A stretch of DNA of 64,000 bases, taken from NCBI RefSeq assembly GCF_009914755.1, contig NC_060932.1; one strand, 5' to 3'. This document shows positions 1-14,022 of this stretch, piece by piece. Below the pieces are notes generated by a model. The model worked only from the letters and a program-made list of their open reading frames with translations. It made no database searches and had not been told where the DNA came from. Positions within the stretch are counted from its first letter, which is position 1. Every line of letters begins with the position of its first letter. The position numbers and the translations under genes were made by a program. The DNA comes from the human T2T-CHM13v2.0 reference genome, Homo sapiens.

Positions 1-99
1 TATGAACCAGAGGCTGGGAGATGTAGGGGAACTGAGGCTCGGGCGGATGACGGGCCGGCCCTGCAGTAAAGTTAAGTTATTGCCTGCCTTCCGTGAGAA

Positions 100-3000
100 T
101 CAGGGCCAGCCCGACCCTGCTAACACCTCATCAGAGGGAGAGTGATGGGGTTACTAAAAAGGCTAGCTGGAGATCCAAAACTATGAAACTACTCTTGCCT
201 CTCTTGAAAAATAAGGGTAGCAGCTGTCGTTCCAGGGTCCCTGAGAACTGGGTGCTGTCTTCTAGGTGCCACTTCATCCAGCACCTCTCTTGGTGGTGGT
301 TCACGTGGCTACCTAGACAGAATCCTCATGTAGACCTGAATTGTCCAGTCAAGAACATCCAGCCTCATTCTCTAAGCCAGCAGCTTAGTCACTTGGCCCA
401 TAAGACCCTAGAGCGAGATAGTGCCCAGTAGTACTGAGATGTCCAAAGAAGTCTTCACAAACTCTGCCTGGGGTTCAGGATACTGGCTGTTTCTCCAGCA
501 GCGAGTGACTAAAAACAGGTTCCTCTCCTTAGGCCTCTGATAATTAGATTAAACCACATACTCCTGGAATGAAGAGCCAGAACGGAGTGGCCACTCCTGG
601 CTGCTAGGAAACCCTAACTTGCAAAGCGTGGCTATGCTTCTTTCTGTTGCGTGGGGTGCTGTCTGGGTACGAGACCTTACAAAATGAGCCACAGAACTTG
701 TAGGCTTGGTAGAAGTCAATCTTCCATGAAGACTGTCTTAGAATACCGGGACTTCCCCTCCCCCCAGCCCAGGAGGGGTTTAATGTGCTCTAACAATCGC
801 GATGCATCTGTGGCCAACACTTGAGTCAACAAGGTAGAAGTAACCCTGATGTTTCACGATTTCATTGTGACATATTTCCATACTTATTCTCACACAAATG
901 AGGTTAAGAGTACATGTTACCCATACCTTAAAAGGGAAGTATCCTATCTGTTGAAACTTTCCCAAAACTATTTACTGGTAGGTAAGGGATTTGGAGCCAG
1001 TTTTGTTAAGCCCACTGACTTATTCCCTGATGGGAGCTAAGTGACTTCAGCTGTAGCTTGACTTCTAACCCCAAACCTGGGCTTAACTACACTGATGTTA
1101 AGTTGCCCTCATCTGAGAATCATTTGAGGCTTTCCCAGCTCCATTGAAGTATGCCTGATGTTGGGGGATACGAGCTGAATGACTTCTGCAGACACAGGAA
1201 TGGACCCTGAACCTGGAAGTGAGGTGCTAACTGGACTGCTTGGGGCAGCTCCCAAACGCTACTGCAAACAGCCAACAGATGCAGCCCATTCTGAATGCAG
1301 ATGGAGCTAGTGCTCCTTCTGGAGAACTTGGAAACGCAGACTAGAAAATGGCTTCTAAGCATTCATCCTAGAGTGCAGATTAACAATGTGGGGTGTTGCC
1401 TAGCCTTTGCAATTTGCCATAAACATTGATACATTCTGAAGTCACCTTAAGGTGCAGAAAACGCTGCAAGTCAATGCGTATGTGCTTAACGACAAGAAGC
1501 CACTAAAAATCCCTCTATTAGTCACAAGCCTGTCTTTCTGGTCTGCCTTCTGCAGTCTGCCATCCCCTCTATGCTGGAAAGAATCTCCTTTAGGGATTTT
1601 TTTCTGGGCAAAATACAGTATGAGGCCCTATGTCAGTGGGTGACAATTCCTCCAGTGAAGTAATGACATGAAGACTACAACAGTCTAAGCGGCCTCTTTT
1701 TTCTGCAATTCTGGGATACATGTAAAAACATGCAGATCTGTAGCTGCTTCTCCTTTTAACTTGGCACATCTATAGTCCCTTATGGGATGTTGAGTAGAAA
1801 GTATTTGGGTTAACCCTCTTATATCAAAGTCCATAGCCTTATGATCTTGGCCATCTTGTGCCCCAAATCTTGCCGCAATCAAATGTGTAAATGTCAGTAA
1901 ACTCACCGAGTGTGTAGCCAGGAGGCCAACCTCACTAGTGAGCTCTGCATCACCTTGTGATGTCTGGGCTTGGGCCACTTGGCTGTCATCCCTGCAGGGT
2001 TCTGGCTCTGGTGTCCTCCTAACATCTGGGGCTCATAACACCAGGATGTCATCCTGGTAGCTCTGGATGGTCCTGTGTTTGCATTTGGAGGTGCTAGGTT
2101 CTCGGAGGACAGACTCATCTCACTTCCTGGGAGACGAAGCTCATAACTCCTGGTTTAAAAGCCTGCACCTGTGGGTTCAGGTGGGGAGAAACTCCTGAGG
2201 CTACCATCTCCATGAGCCTTCTGTGCCTCTCCCTTAGTGAGGGACTCTTGAGGATGTAAGAATTAACTGTTCTTAAACATCTGTCATCTAAACAGTGGGT
2301 CTTGTCAGACTTATAAGCATATTTAGAGTACCTTGACTCAGGGCTTCTAAGAGTCTTGAGTGAAAGGATCGGAGCTGGGGGAGGTACACAGCTTTGTTAA
2401 GGGCAGCATAACAGCAGTTTCTGCCCTGAACTAGAATCCACTCTTCTAGGGGCAGCTGTTGCTCTCGAGTTGGGAATCATTCTGATGTCGGGCATTAGGG
2501 GAACTAAAACATGCCTAAACCATGCTGCTTGGGAGGATCTTGTCCTCCAAAACTAAGGTCCAAGCCAGAAGCTAAATGGACTACACTGAGCAATCCTCGC
2601 ACTTCAAGCAGGCCCCCTTAGAATTGGCTTGGATCACCGTGGGTTTGGGTTTACCTCAAGTTCATGCTGAACTGTTTTACTTTCTCTTGACCATGCCCCA
2701 CATCTGGTTTTGGTGATGACTTAGATGCATTGGGAGGCTATCCTAAGACATTCTCCAAACCTTCAGAGTTGCTGCTTCATGCCTTATGACCCTGAGCTTG
2801 AGCCTAGCCCAGCAGCTAGGATGGATTTCACTTGTATTAAGCTCACAAGAGCTATCGAAAATTGGACTAAACACTACCAAACATTGGCGATGGGCTTGGG
2901 AGTAAGATGCATGAGATAATGAAGTGAGCCATTGGTCTGCAAAGAGGTTGCCAGCTGCTGATCATAGGGGGTTAGCCTTGTAAGAAGCGGGGGGCCTATC

Positions 3001-4400
3001 GGAAAGCAAGGGTTTGTGCTGAAGCTCCCAAATATGGGTATCCTTGCCCCATCTGTGTGTGTAGTCAGAGAATTGGAAGCTTAACTGAAGTCTAAAGGAG
3101 GCCACCGAACCTGGAGCTTCTAAGTTTCTCCTTGCTGGTCCTAACTCCACTTGGTGAGCCATGGAACCTGAGTGGCTGTGACAGGCAGCCAGATCCTGCT
3201 GCCTCGTTCCCTGCCCAGTGAAGCTGACTGGGGCTCATAACACATGCAGGTGATAGCTGGCTTTCACCTTCCACACTCGCTGTTCTTGTGTGGGTGGGAT
3301 CTTTCCCATATTTCTGATCCAAGAACAAGTATCCCTGTAGTGTTCACAGCTAAACATAACACTGGTATAAAACCATAGAAGTTGACTAAGGAAACTGAAC
3401 TTCAGGTTAATTGCACTTTGGTGCTTGGCACCTAGCCCAGGAAGGCAACTGCCTTGAAGTAAACAAACTCTAAATCCGGAGTGTTGCCTTGCTGAGCTAG
3501 AGAGACAGAATGCCAGGGGTATCTGGGCCTGGACCAATGGCCTTTTCTGTAGCACAAAATCCTGATGTCAAAGTCTAGAAACCAGGCCATTTGAAATGTG
3601 TATACCAGCTGTGAATCTCAAAGTGACGGAGGGTTAGGATGACGGGATTCTCATGGGCATTTAACCTGGGTCTTGGATGACATGGCATCCAGCTGAGAGC
3701 ATTCCTGTGGATGGATCAGCATCTCACTTCTTGTAGTGAAGTGGGACATCCAGGTGCTGCCCTAAATGTCGGGCACCTTTTGTGTGCAAATGTTATGGCT
3801 GGCATACAACTGCAAAATGTGGGGGACCCAGAGGGGGGCCCTAGAAGTCCTGGTCTCCAGTGCTCCCCCTTCCTTTACTCCAGTAAACTTGAAGTTAGTG
3901 TGAGATTACTGTGTGTGGAACAAGAACCACAGAATCGCAGTCACATAAACTTCAAAAACATGGCTAGGAGGTTTTCACTGTTCCTAGTGAAGTTAGGAAC
4001 AGGTCTGATGGCATCATCGGTTCTGGTTGTGCCTGAAGGTTAGGGGGTCACTGAAACACTTGTCTCTGCTTGTAGCTTCTAGAAATGAGCTGCAGGGCCT
4101 GGTGGCTTATGTATTAACATGCCAGATAGATGGTCTCTCTACTTGTCAGGTGGGCTGCCAAAAGAGCTATCACCTCTTGACCTAAATAGTACACTGGTAT
4201 CTCCTGATTCTTTCCTCTAACAACCAGGAAGCATGCCTATGTCATCTGAACTACAAAGTGGTACCTCAGCTTCTCTGTCTTCTCTAGTGACAGAAGATCA
4301 CTGACTTTGGGAATAATGTGATGGTGCCCTCCCTTGAAGGCTCACTTTCAAGGTATCAAAAGTAATCATCTCCCCAGTAGATCTCTGGTGTGCTCACAGG
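100..4400 (-). mobile_element. Highly decayed ERV-L-type gag-pro-pol remnant
   Basis: Minus-strand motifs are colinear with HERV-L. Gag-like KWP at ~3585. Protease-region ELTSEVGLLATHSV (ORF 1685-1978; cf. RLTVGPVGPRTHPV). RT WELPQA at ~1240 (cf. VLPQG). QQKEA at ~640 (cf. EQEKA). YYWAL...LMGQVT at ~430-390 (cf. CYWAL...TMGHQVT). WMKWHLED at ~270 (cf. KWKWYIRD). Spacing of the last three motifs fits HERV-L. Confidence 0.7.
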
Positions 4401-5549
4401 ACAGCTTTGAAAACAAGGCTCTATCATGGGTGCATCTTCCTATGTAGTATTGGGATGCACCTCTGGGATGGGCAGTGAAATAACCCTGAAAGCAATCTTT
4501 GACTGTTTAGTCCTCCCTCAGGTTCCTGACTTCTGGAGCCCCCTTGAGAGCTGCGAATTGAGATTAAAGTATCCAATTGTTAAGACCGTACCAAAACCAA
4601 ACTGCTTATGGCCAAATGGTTGGAGTATAAACAAGCTCATCGAACTAGCTTATACTCCTGTGAATTCTGAGCCAAAGAATGGATATCAACGGAAGAGAAC
4701 TCCCAGGAAAGTGGCCAGGCTAACGTGGTCAAATATACTGTCTCCAGAGCTTTGTGTTATCAACACTAATAAGTTCTAAAAACCCAGAGGTCTTGGGAGT
4801 GAGACTGAGAACATTAAAAGGGAAAGTGGATCTGCCATCTCTGATTCCTCTATCCCTAGCATAACAAGTATAGCTTGGGGTTCCCATCAGGAATCATAGA
4901 TGGTTTTTTGGAGAAGAGGTGGCCAATATTGACTTAAATTACTAGACCACCTGAAGAAGCCAAAATTAGTGTTTGCATATATTCATCTCAAGAGTCCTTA
5001 AATTCCATGGTTGTGAATGGAGGAGGAGGAAGGTCTCATTCCTACTATGACCCAGTAGCTTTGTCTTTGCAAATGATGCTGACCCCATGTCACTCAATAC
5101 AATGTTTTCCCCCTTCCAGGATTGAGGTCTGGGTCCTGATCTAAATCAGACCCAGGGGTATGAAGATATCGTTTCCAGGGGTGGGTGACCTGTCTGTGCT
5201 GATGACTTGGGAATAAACCCATGGCAGAACAGGACTGCAGCCTCGTGCTCAAGCCTTGGGTCCTAGATCATCCCCTGGCACAAAAGGAGGGGACCACTGC
5301 CTGCATGATCCTCACCACCTCCAGAGGTAGAACTTGGATGAGTCTTTGCCAAATGCTGTCAGGATCCACAAGGCTTGATCTCGGCCCACAAAGCTCCTGA
5401 GTGGCTCTTGCAGGAGCTGCAGTTTCTAGCCCCAGGACATCAGGGGATGAGGAGACAAGACTCACAGCTTGAGACCCAAGAGACCCAGAGGATGTTAGTG
5501 CTTGAAGACTCGGCTTCTCTCTGCCTCTTGCCTGAAAGCTCCCCATCAG

Positions 5550-6250
5550 CCTAGGGGAAAAACTGCCTGGTGTTGTCAATAAGGTCCCAGGTCACACATG
5601 TCACGATATTCAGGGAAGTCTTCCCATGTCTGGGCCCCTCAAGGCTGGCTCCCTGGGTTGGGTGAACACACAGTGCCTGTCCCCACACCTGGGAGTGTCT
5701 GGAATCCTGCCAGGCCACACCATCTTTCCTTTGGCCAGCATCACTTACTCTTCCCTCGTGGGCCCTCCAGGGCTTCTTAGTTTGAAGGTACGTTGGAGTC
5801 CACATCACTCTTGGGGCTCTCTCCATCCTGGAGAAAAGCATCTTCTCTGTTCTATAGCATCCCTTGTCTCGCTCTGGGAACTCTGCTACCTCCTGACAGG
5901 CCCTGATCTTCCAAGATCAGGACCTCAGTACCGAAAATGATCCCTTGCTAGTAGTTGTGATGATATGGAGTGCTCATCGGATCTCTCTGCCCTGCTGGGA
6001 TCTGAAAACTCGTAGTTCATCTGAACGCCTCCTGAGGAAAGTAGATTCTAAGTCTCTCTGCCATGAGGATGTGGTCTGAGAAGGCTCTGGTCTGAACATT
6101 CCAGGGTCTGGTGGTCCACATGCACCTGGTTATCTTGTCTCCCTTGCGAGCTGTTCCTTGGCTGGTCCTCATCGCCCCAGCTGAGGCTGCTTTGGGGACA
6201 CCTGTACCCCACGGCTTCATCTGGTATCTGTGCTCCTGTTCCCTCTTCCT
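5550..6250 (-). mobile_element. ERV-L gag-like remnant (block A, unit 1; homologues ~18750-19400 and ~30200-30900)
   Basis: The unit 2 copy reads VAGDPAEQIVDDVL/RAEITLGSSV on the minus strand (cf. ERV-L gag VRGAPASLKS.V.A.LC...LTVG.AV). The unit 3 copy has WDN and LDQA at ~30830-30750 (cf. VWDNGG..I.LDQAEF). Confidence 0.5.
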
Positions 6251-8099
6251 GTCTGCACCTCTAGTAGAGCTTCTAAACTTCAACTGGGCATCCTCCAATA
6301 CCTGCTACCTGTCCCTATTGGGAGTCTCATAGGTGTTTCAAATGCAGGTGATTCTAAATGGAGTTCAACTCCCCTACACCATCTGCATGTCTGCGATTCC
6401 ATCTCACTCTGCTGTTTAGAATGAGAGTAAGGCATTACTTTTTAGTTTCCCATTGTTCCGCTGACTTATTGATGCCTCAGGGACTTAAGCAACTATGCAA
6501 AGCTAATGGTAAGGAGGGGCTTGAGGGCAAAGATGGTGACCCCTTCCTGTTGGGCTTTAATCAGGCAATGCTGCACTGCTGTGAGTCCCTCTTGGGTACA
6601 GTGGCCACTCCTTCAGGGCATTATCCCCTTCAGGCCCCAACCCTACCACCCTTTTCATCAGATCTGAAATCTATGCCTGGTGACTGAGGCAGCCCTGAGT
6701 TAAGGGATCATGTTCCAAGGGGTCAGACAAAGCTTTGCAGGGCTCTCAACATAGTGAATGAGCTGCTGAGAAGAGCAGGACCCACAGCACATCAGCCTGC
6801 CCTAAGCCTCTCCCCAAACCAGGGGGACTGTGGGGAGCAAGGCCCAGTGTAGGAACTTAGCCTGTGTATGCTTGGCAAGTAACACTGGTATATGTGACTG
6901 ATTGGGATGGCAAAAGTTTGATCTGCCAGCTTTTTAATAGTATGTACTTTCATAAAGCTGGGGGGCACTAAATGGAAGCCTTCCAGAAAACAGTGAGGGG
7001 TCAGACTGGAGTAGAATCCAGGATCTTGTGTTGGAAAACGATTATCTTGGCATCCTCTGATAGCTATGAAGCCCTAAACCCCAAGACTGCTAATGGCTGT
7101 GCCCTCTCTGGTGGCACCCTCATTCTGTTATGAGTCCTTAATACAGTCATTCTGGCAAATCTGGGATACTTAGGAATTCTACCACGCTTCCTAGAAGCAG
7201 GCCAAGTCAAGGGTCATGTGCATGGTGATCAAGGGGGTTTTGGGAAAATCTGCAGCCACAGTCTCTAGGACCTAGCCTTTAAGACTCCAACTACTGAGAA
7301 TGGGGCAGACTTGCCAACTTGGACTGTTCAGAAAATTCACCAGCCTGTCTATCCTTAGTTATTTTACTAAGAAGGTAGATTGAAGGAATGTCACAATGAA
7401 CATATCCGTGACACCACGACCCAGGAAAATGAGTTCTACCAGCAAAAACTACATGCTTTCTCTTCAAGTCACTATGGCCAAATGTAATGACAATGACAAA
7501 TGGCTCTGATCTGTACCTCCTCATTCTGTGTATTTCTATTAACTCTCCTGACTTTTGTATGTTGTATGTAGCAGTAGTTTCTCCCTATTTAGTATCCTAT
7601 CTGCATATACTCCAGCTGATCCTACTGTTGAACTATATTTAGGTGGTAGCTTTGACTGTTACAGTTGGTGCTCTCATAACTCTGGATGTGAACTAGCACA
7701 CATACATATGTTTTCCTGCTGTGTATATGCTCTGCAGTGAAATCTCTGGGTCAGACCACAGTTGGCTTTGGGGCACACACCAAGCAGTCATCCACAATGT
7801 CATACTATGTTCCTGGTATGAGAGTTGCAGTTGCTGTTCATATTCAGTGCTTCATAATTCAGTCACTAACTTCAGCCCTGGTGGTGGCTCAGGAGCAGCT
7901 TCTCATAGTAGCCTTCTGAATTACTAAATGTATTAAGTTATCCTGCTGCATATCAAATATGCACAGTATTGACATGAGACAACATCTCATGATCAGACTT
8001 ATTAGATTGCTGCAAAAGTTAATCGCAGGTTTTGACATCACTCAGTGCCAAAAACCAATTACTTTTGCACCGACCAATACATTCTGTGACTGTTTGCTA

Positions 8100-8760
8100 G
8101 GACAGTACAAGGAGTGGTCACTATGGCAACAATCATTTATGAGGGATGGGGTACGTAGGGAATGGTGGCACATCAGTTCATAAACGTGTTCCCTCTTCCT
8201 TCTAGAACCTGGGACCCAGAGGGTAAATGAGTAAATAAAGACTTCCATTCTGGCTGCAAGATGGAAGAACATCTTCCCCCAGCTCAAAATGCTGTGGGTT
8301 TGTTCTTAGCTATTCCCACAGGTCTTGGTTGTATAACTGTAGACTTAGGTTACAACGGGGGTTCTTCACTCACTTGTATCTATAGCAAATTTTTGTCCCT
8401 TCCCAGGAAGCCATATTTGTTGCTGGGTCATTGAGGGCCCCTCTTCCCTGTCCCTGTGTGGTTCCACATGCTTGGTGTGGCCTTGGGCACCTTGAGGCTG
8501 ACAACACAGCTGGGTTGGAAGTCTTCCATCATCCAATGTTCTAGAGTGGAAGCAACTGGCAGATGAGGCTCCCTTCCTAAGGTGGGCTCTGACTGACTTC
8601 TTAGACAATCCCTAAGAAAATCCTCATCCCACATAAGGTAACACTTGCAGAGCATCAGGAACTTTGGGGGGTCCCCCCAGGCTCCTCGGCATGGCTGCTG
8701 GTAGTGGTGGTCATGTCACCTATTTCCAGGGTAACTGTTGCCAAGGGTGGTGACAGCACC
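8100..8760 (-). mobile_element. ERV-L RNase H-end/integrase remnant (homologues ~21260-21960 and ~32810-33470)
   Basis: ORFs 8366-8608 and 8042-8287 contain VRAHLR (cf. VSAHQR), HRDREEG (HGGRDGG), LPGKGQKFAIDT (LPSWKGQRFVLTGIDT) and SWGKM...WVPGSR (GWGKV...IHGSR), in the correct order. Confidence 0.7.
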
Positions 8761-9959
8761 CCTGCCTGAGCATCTCCCCAGGCCCTCTAAGAATGAGTGG
8801 GAAGGTATCGGGGGGTGACAGTCACTCACTAAGAACACCAGAGATAGAACAATGATTGCTCCCTGTAGAACAAGGTAATGGCAAACCCTGTTCTCATGTC
8901 CTTCCCAACGTGTTAAGACAAGGATGCAAAGCAATGTTGAGATGGAAAGCAAAGGACTCCTTGGTGATGCCCTAACATACTGGGTTGCAGTGTAACTTTC
9001 TATCTTACCACGGAAGAACCCCAGAAAATGACTTCTAATCTTGCCCCTATCTCCTGAGCAGAACTGACCCCCTGTGTTCTACATGGGCAAGGAAACTGCA
9101 TTTGTGGCTCTCTGGTTACCTGAAGCTGTGTGCTCCTTAAGAAAGCCAGGGCAGAGAGCTGCAGAAATGAAAAATAACCACCTCATAAAGCCTGCAGACC
9201 ACTTGGGCCACAGTCTATATGTCCCCAGGAAATGGGCTTGGAAGTGCAGAGATGGGTGCACCAGCGCATCTCATGGGAACTTGGCCTGGTAAAGGAGCCC
9301 CAGTGAAATGGGACGAGATCCTGGCTCCAAGTCTGTTGGTGCCATCTTGGTCTTGGAGAGTGGGTACTGCACAGAAGATAACACATTCAAAGCTGCCTCC
9401 TAAGCCTGGTGGCCAGCCCCTGTGCCAAGAAGTAAGATGACTCCTGTCCTAGGTGCCAGCACTGGAGCTCCGGGAAGCCTGATGAGGTGGAACCTTCCAC
9501 AGGCTTGTCCCTGGGAAGCAGGAGCCAGGGCCTCCTGATAACTGGGAGTATGTGGCTCTGCCTACCTCCCCAAGCTGGTTCTGGTGTGGTTTGTGGGTCT
9601 CAGCTCAATACTCCTATAGCCATACTGGGGTGGGTTACTTCCTGGATGTGTTACTTCCTGGATGTGATGCTGCACCACAGAAACATGCTGTTCAGTAAAT
9701 GAGCAAATTAAAGCTACCAGAGTCTCCCTTTGACCTACTTATTTTCTTCCTTTATCTGAGTGGTAAGTTGTTGTTCATTGAACCCTAATGCAATAGAATT
9801 CTGCTGAACATACAACTGAATGAGGTGATGTTGACCTACAGCATATGGATGCTACTCTAAATATTGAAATATCTGCAGCTGTAGTGTGGCTAGCAAAACA
9901 AGCACGTCCCTGCCAGCCAGCAGAATTTATCCTAGAGAACAGCGATAGACTGCATAGAT

Positions 9960-10330
9960 ACCAAAGTAGGTGTGTCGTGAGGCCAAAGAATGGGGAGAAG
10001 GCAAGGCTTCATAGACCTTCATAAGACTTGGGCTTCTACTTTGAGTGAAATGGAAATGTACTGGTGAGCTTTGAATTGTAGTCCTTATTTTCTTAAGGAT
10101 CTCATTGGCTCTGCACGGAAAACAGCTTGTAGGGGAAGAGAAACCACTTGGGAGCATCATGCAAAAAGTCAAGTGACAGCTTAGACTAGGTGTGTGTGGA
10201 TGTGGAGGTGACAACTGATCAGGTCTGAGCCCATGTTGAAGGATGGAAACTTCTGTATACTTGAAGTAGGAAGCCTGTATGGGAGAGGTTTGGGGAGAAC
10301 GTATAGGTGTAAGTTTGACATGCATAAAAG
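9960..10330 (-). mobile_element. L2 LINE fragment shared by all three units (also ~22540-23230 and ~35620-35970)
   Basis: L2-like string GACTTGGGCTTCTACTTTGAGTGAAATGG...AAGGATCTCATTGGCT...GCTTAGACTAGG occurs at the equivalent position in each unit. Confidence 0.7.
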
Positions 10331-12829
10331 GAAATGGTCGAACTGCTGTTGCTGGCTTTTAAAATTCTATTTCAAACTGTATACAAATTCCACTCCAGAC
10401 AGCAGTAAAGAATGAATTTCTTATGCCAACTAAACTAATGGAGAGAAAAAAAAGTTGAGTCTTCAAGTAAATAGTGATGGGAAGGATAGCCGCCACACTG
10501 AGTTGAGAAGGAGTGGGGAGAGGTGGGTTGGGGAGTGGTAATTAGCTATAAAATAAGTGAAAATTAGCCTTCACCCTGAATGAGGGTCCTCACTGACCAA
10601 GAGTTAAGTGGTATGGAATGACACTCACTGGATGACTGAAGTCAAAACTTTGAAGGTAGTTCATCTAAAAGGTCAAGAATGGGACCTGCCAGTAACCACG
10701 GGAATTGACTTGGGCTCTTGTGTGGAATGGAAGGAAAGGTTTTGGAAGTAAAGTCAGGATAATGAGGCAGACTTCTGGCCACATTAACATATGTGTTGAC
10801 CTAATTGTGACAGACAGTGCTGAGGAGAGGAGAGAATGAGGTGCTAATGTGTAGTCCAGGAACGAAGGATGACCCAGGAGTTTGGAGCATACATGCAAAA
10901 GGTGGTTAAGAAGATAAAGTTCTCATTCCTGTGACATTGGGAGCATGGGAAGAAATACTACAGAAGAGGCTGGCCATGAGCAGATGCCATGCCCTAGAGT
11001 AGCAGCCAAGTTTCTCTTTCCCCGAATCCTGGGAGCTCCCAGGAGTTTGAGAGTTTGGCAACTCTGCCAAAAGGAAGCCCAGAGTCCCAAAGAACTCAGT
11101 AAAGTGTCTTGGGGCATCTCAGATGTGTGTCCTAGGCGATAAGAGGCCAGGCAGGAAATATCAAGGCCAGGCATCTTAACATTTGTCTGATTCCTACTCT
11201 TCGGTATGACACTTCATAGGATTATTTTCCACCTTTCTCGTCTACTGACTTCTGTGGTTAGAGTAGACCCTGGAGCTCTAGATCCATTTTCTTTACACAA
11301 AATTTGTTCTTGATCATCATAAAAATGTGACTCTTCTGCTTACCAGACTTTATTTTTAAAGCCAGTTGACTTGAATGAACTCTGATCTCCCCAATTAAAG
11401 TATAACAGGTGCTGAAGATAAGAATCTAGAAATGGGCAACACATCTAGAAAAGATGGTTCTTATGCCAGAATTCCTCATCTGAGCTGGTTCACGACATGG
11501 AAGTGGGGTTTCTCCTTTCCTCACTTCTAACAGGGCTTAGGTATTCAAGTCCTGTTAAATACCAACACTGTCCTAACTCCAAATGAAGGAAAACAATTAA
11601 TACTGGAGACAAAGTTGCTATGAGGCTAACTTTCAGTTGAACAGAAGTCTGAACCCAAAAGATAACCAGAGTTTTTATGCCAGAATCAAATATAACAAGA
11701 CTCAAATCGGGATCCCTGAGCTTGGACCCCTCCCAGTCATGTCTAATCTAGGAAAGCCTCCTTTGGACCTATTGTGTCGTATTTGGCCTTTGACCCCACC
11801 CTGTGTTTGCTGAGAGGGTTTTGGTGTTACTGTGTCTTCTACATTCTAGCATCCTACTTGGGAAGGTCCTATTTGTAAGAACCATGGATATCTTTGGCAA
11901 GGTCACAGGGATTGTGCCTCTTAGCTCCTTAATGACAATCTAGAGCTAACAGCATGGTGGAGGCCTTAGAATTTCCAAGATGGTTAGATCTTGAGTTTCA
12001 GAAAAGACTTGGTGCATACAGACCAGAAACGGACACGGTTCTCCAGAGACTACAGAAACATACCTATGGAGTATGGCTTCATGGTGACAGGTGGCACTGG
12101 CAAGGACTCTAGGGAAGCTGAGCTGAGAGAACTAGAGGAACTCTGAAGGGTCTTTGTCCTGGGGGGAGACTGTATAACCTTGGGAGGGAGGGAGGCAACA
12201 GACTGCCTGGAAGGTGGGGTAGAACATGCCATATCAGAGGCCCATAGAAAACTCAGAAAAATTGAAAGGGAAATTCGGTGTTAGTAACCACACTTAGTGA
12301 GAAGTGTCATTGACCAAGGACAAAGGCCTACCCACTCTGGTGTTGCAGCTGGGCTAGTCTCTGTTCCTGGGGCTTCAGAGCACCAGCACTGGGCAGTCAA
12401 GATCAAACTAAATGGCATGTGGCATTTCAGTTCACCTCAAGATCCAGCCCCTGTTTAGGGTGAAGCCGTGCTCTGGGTGTGCCCCGGGGTGGGAGTCTAA
12501 AGCTGCCTATGTTCCAAGTTGACATGAGAGGGTCAAATCTATGTTTCATTTGAATCTGAACCTAAGTCAAAGGCTGAAATCTAAAAAGCTCCCTACCAGC
12601 CCCCACCTCACCTGAGGGGCATTGAGGGGCCTCCCCAGATGACGTATCCCCACACAGCATGCACACAAGTCCAGCAGGAAGCTCCTTGAACTCACTCTTG
12701 TCAGGTTCAAGCTGGTTGAGTCCTATTGCCTGTGCACAGATTCAACAGAGATCTGTTGCCCACATGATTAGGATTCAAATCTAGCCGGACACTGTTGAAT
12801 AAGCAGAAGTCTGAAATCATGAAACGGGA

Positions 12830-13010
12830 CTTAGGGTCCGCAGCAGCAGGATTCTTCTCCAGTCTCAGGGCCAGCGCCTCCTGTGTCTCATGCTGCCTCT
12901 GCTCCTGCAGCAGCTGGCCACTGACCACTGACCTGGGGGCCTCATCCTGGAGCTGCTCCCACAACTTCTCTAGCCCCTCACCCTGCTGGTGATGGTGCTG
13001 TTCTTGTCTC
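12830..13010 (-). mobile_element. GC-rich coiled-coil-coding fragment, probably an ERV-L gag N-terminal region; unit 1 only
   Basis: Reads LEKLWEQLQDEAPRSVVSGQLLQEQRQHETQEALALRLEK with coding-like codon usage, resembling the ERV-L gag N-terminal coiled coil (LE.LEK.N..LR..N.QL...CESQ.A). Absent at the equivalent site in unit 3 (~38440-38500). Confidence 0.4.
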
Positions 13011-14022
13011 TCGGAACAAGTGCTCTGTGCTGCAGCACAGAGCAATCTGGACATGTTTCCCAGAGTCCTGGGGTGCAAGCCCATGGACTAGTCCAGTCTT
13101 TCCCAGCTTTCGGAGATCTCAGTTCAAATCAGACCAGAGATTGTTGAACATGCAAAAGTTTGAAACCATAGAAGTGGATTGAAATCCACAGCCATGAGAA
13201 AATAAAAGCCACATACATTACCATGCTGCTGCTTGTAGCTCATATTGTGAATGTACTCGTTAAAGCCTGTGTGAGTGAACTTGAGACACCAAGGGAAGCT
13301 CTAGAGGCCTTAAGGCAGGAATAAAAACCGGTAACATATCGAGGCCCACTTTTGAGGACACAGAAGGAATAGGGTGGTCAGATCAAAAGATGAGGTTCTT
13401 GAACTTCAGCCTGGGCAAGTCCATAGGACCTTCCAGGAAGCAAAGGGTATTTATCACCCTCTGGATTGTCACCAGGATAGGTATGGGTCCAAGCACAGCC
13501 TTTGTGACCACACAGTAACCCAGCCTTAGCAGCCTGACAAAAGTCAACATACATCATGTGAGTGAAGTAAAGGCCTTCAAGTTCAAGAGCCCTTGACAAA
13601 GGGTAGCAGGTGGGGTTTGTCTTGTGGTCAACTGGGGACCTATAGTAGCTATAAGGCCTAAGCTGTGAGAGCCCCTAAAGTGAGCCAGGAGAAAATGCCC
13701 TAGAGCCACTCACTCCTACTTCCTTGAAGGTACTCTGAGGGATGGAGACCTCCCCTGGGGACCAACCTCCTGGTACAGAGATCTTGCACCAAGAATACAT
13801 GAGGCTTTCTGTGAGATGGGCTTGGACATGGAGAATAAGTGTGGGAACTTGAACACAGAGGGCAGCAGCTCATCTAAAACTGGTAGCTGGAAACCACCCC
13901 TGAGATCAATCTCCTTGGGCAGGTAACTTTTCTTTGCCTGCTGTCTCCATGGCCACCCGACCACACACACATCTGCGGTCCCTAAAGGCTGAACACCTCA
14001 CTCTTCCATGTTCTTTGGCCTC

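Noticed and set aside
2026-3243. Exact 16-mer CTGGGGCTCATAACAC at 2026 and 3228
   Set aside because: One 16-bp match is roughly expected by chance in 64 kb, and the flanks do not clearly extend.
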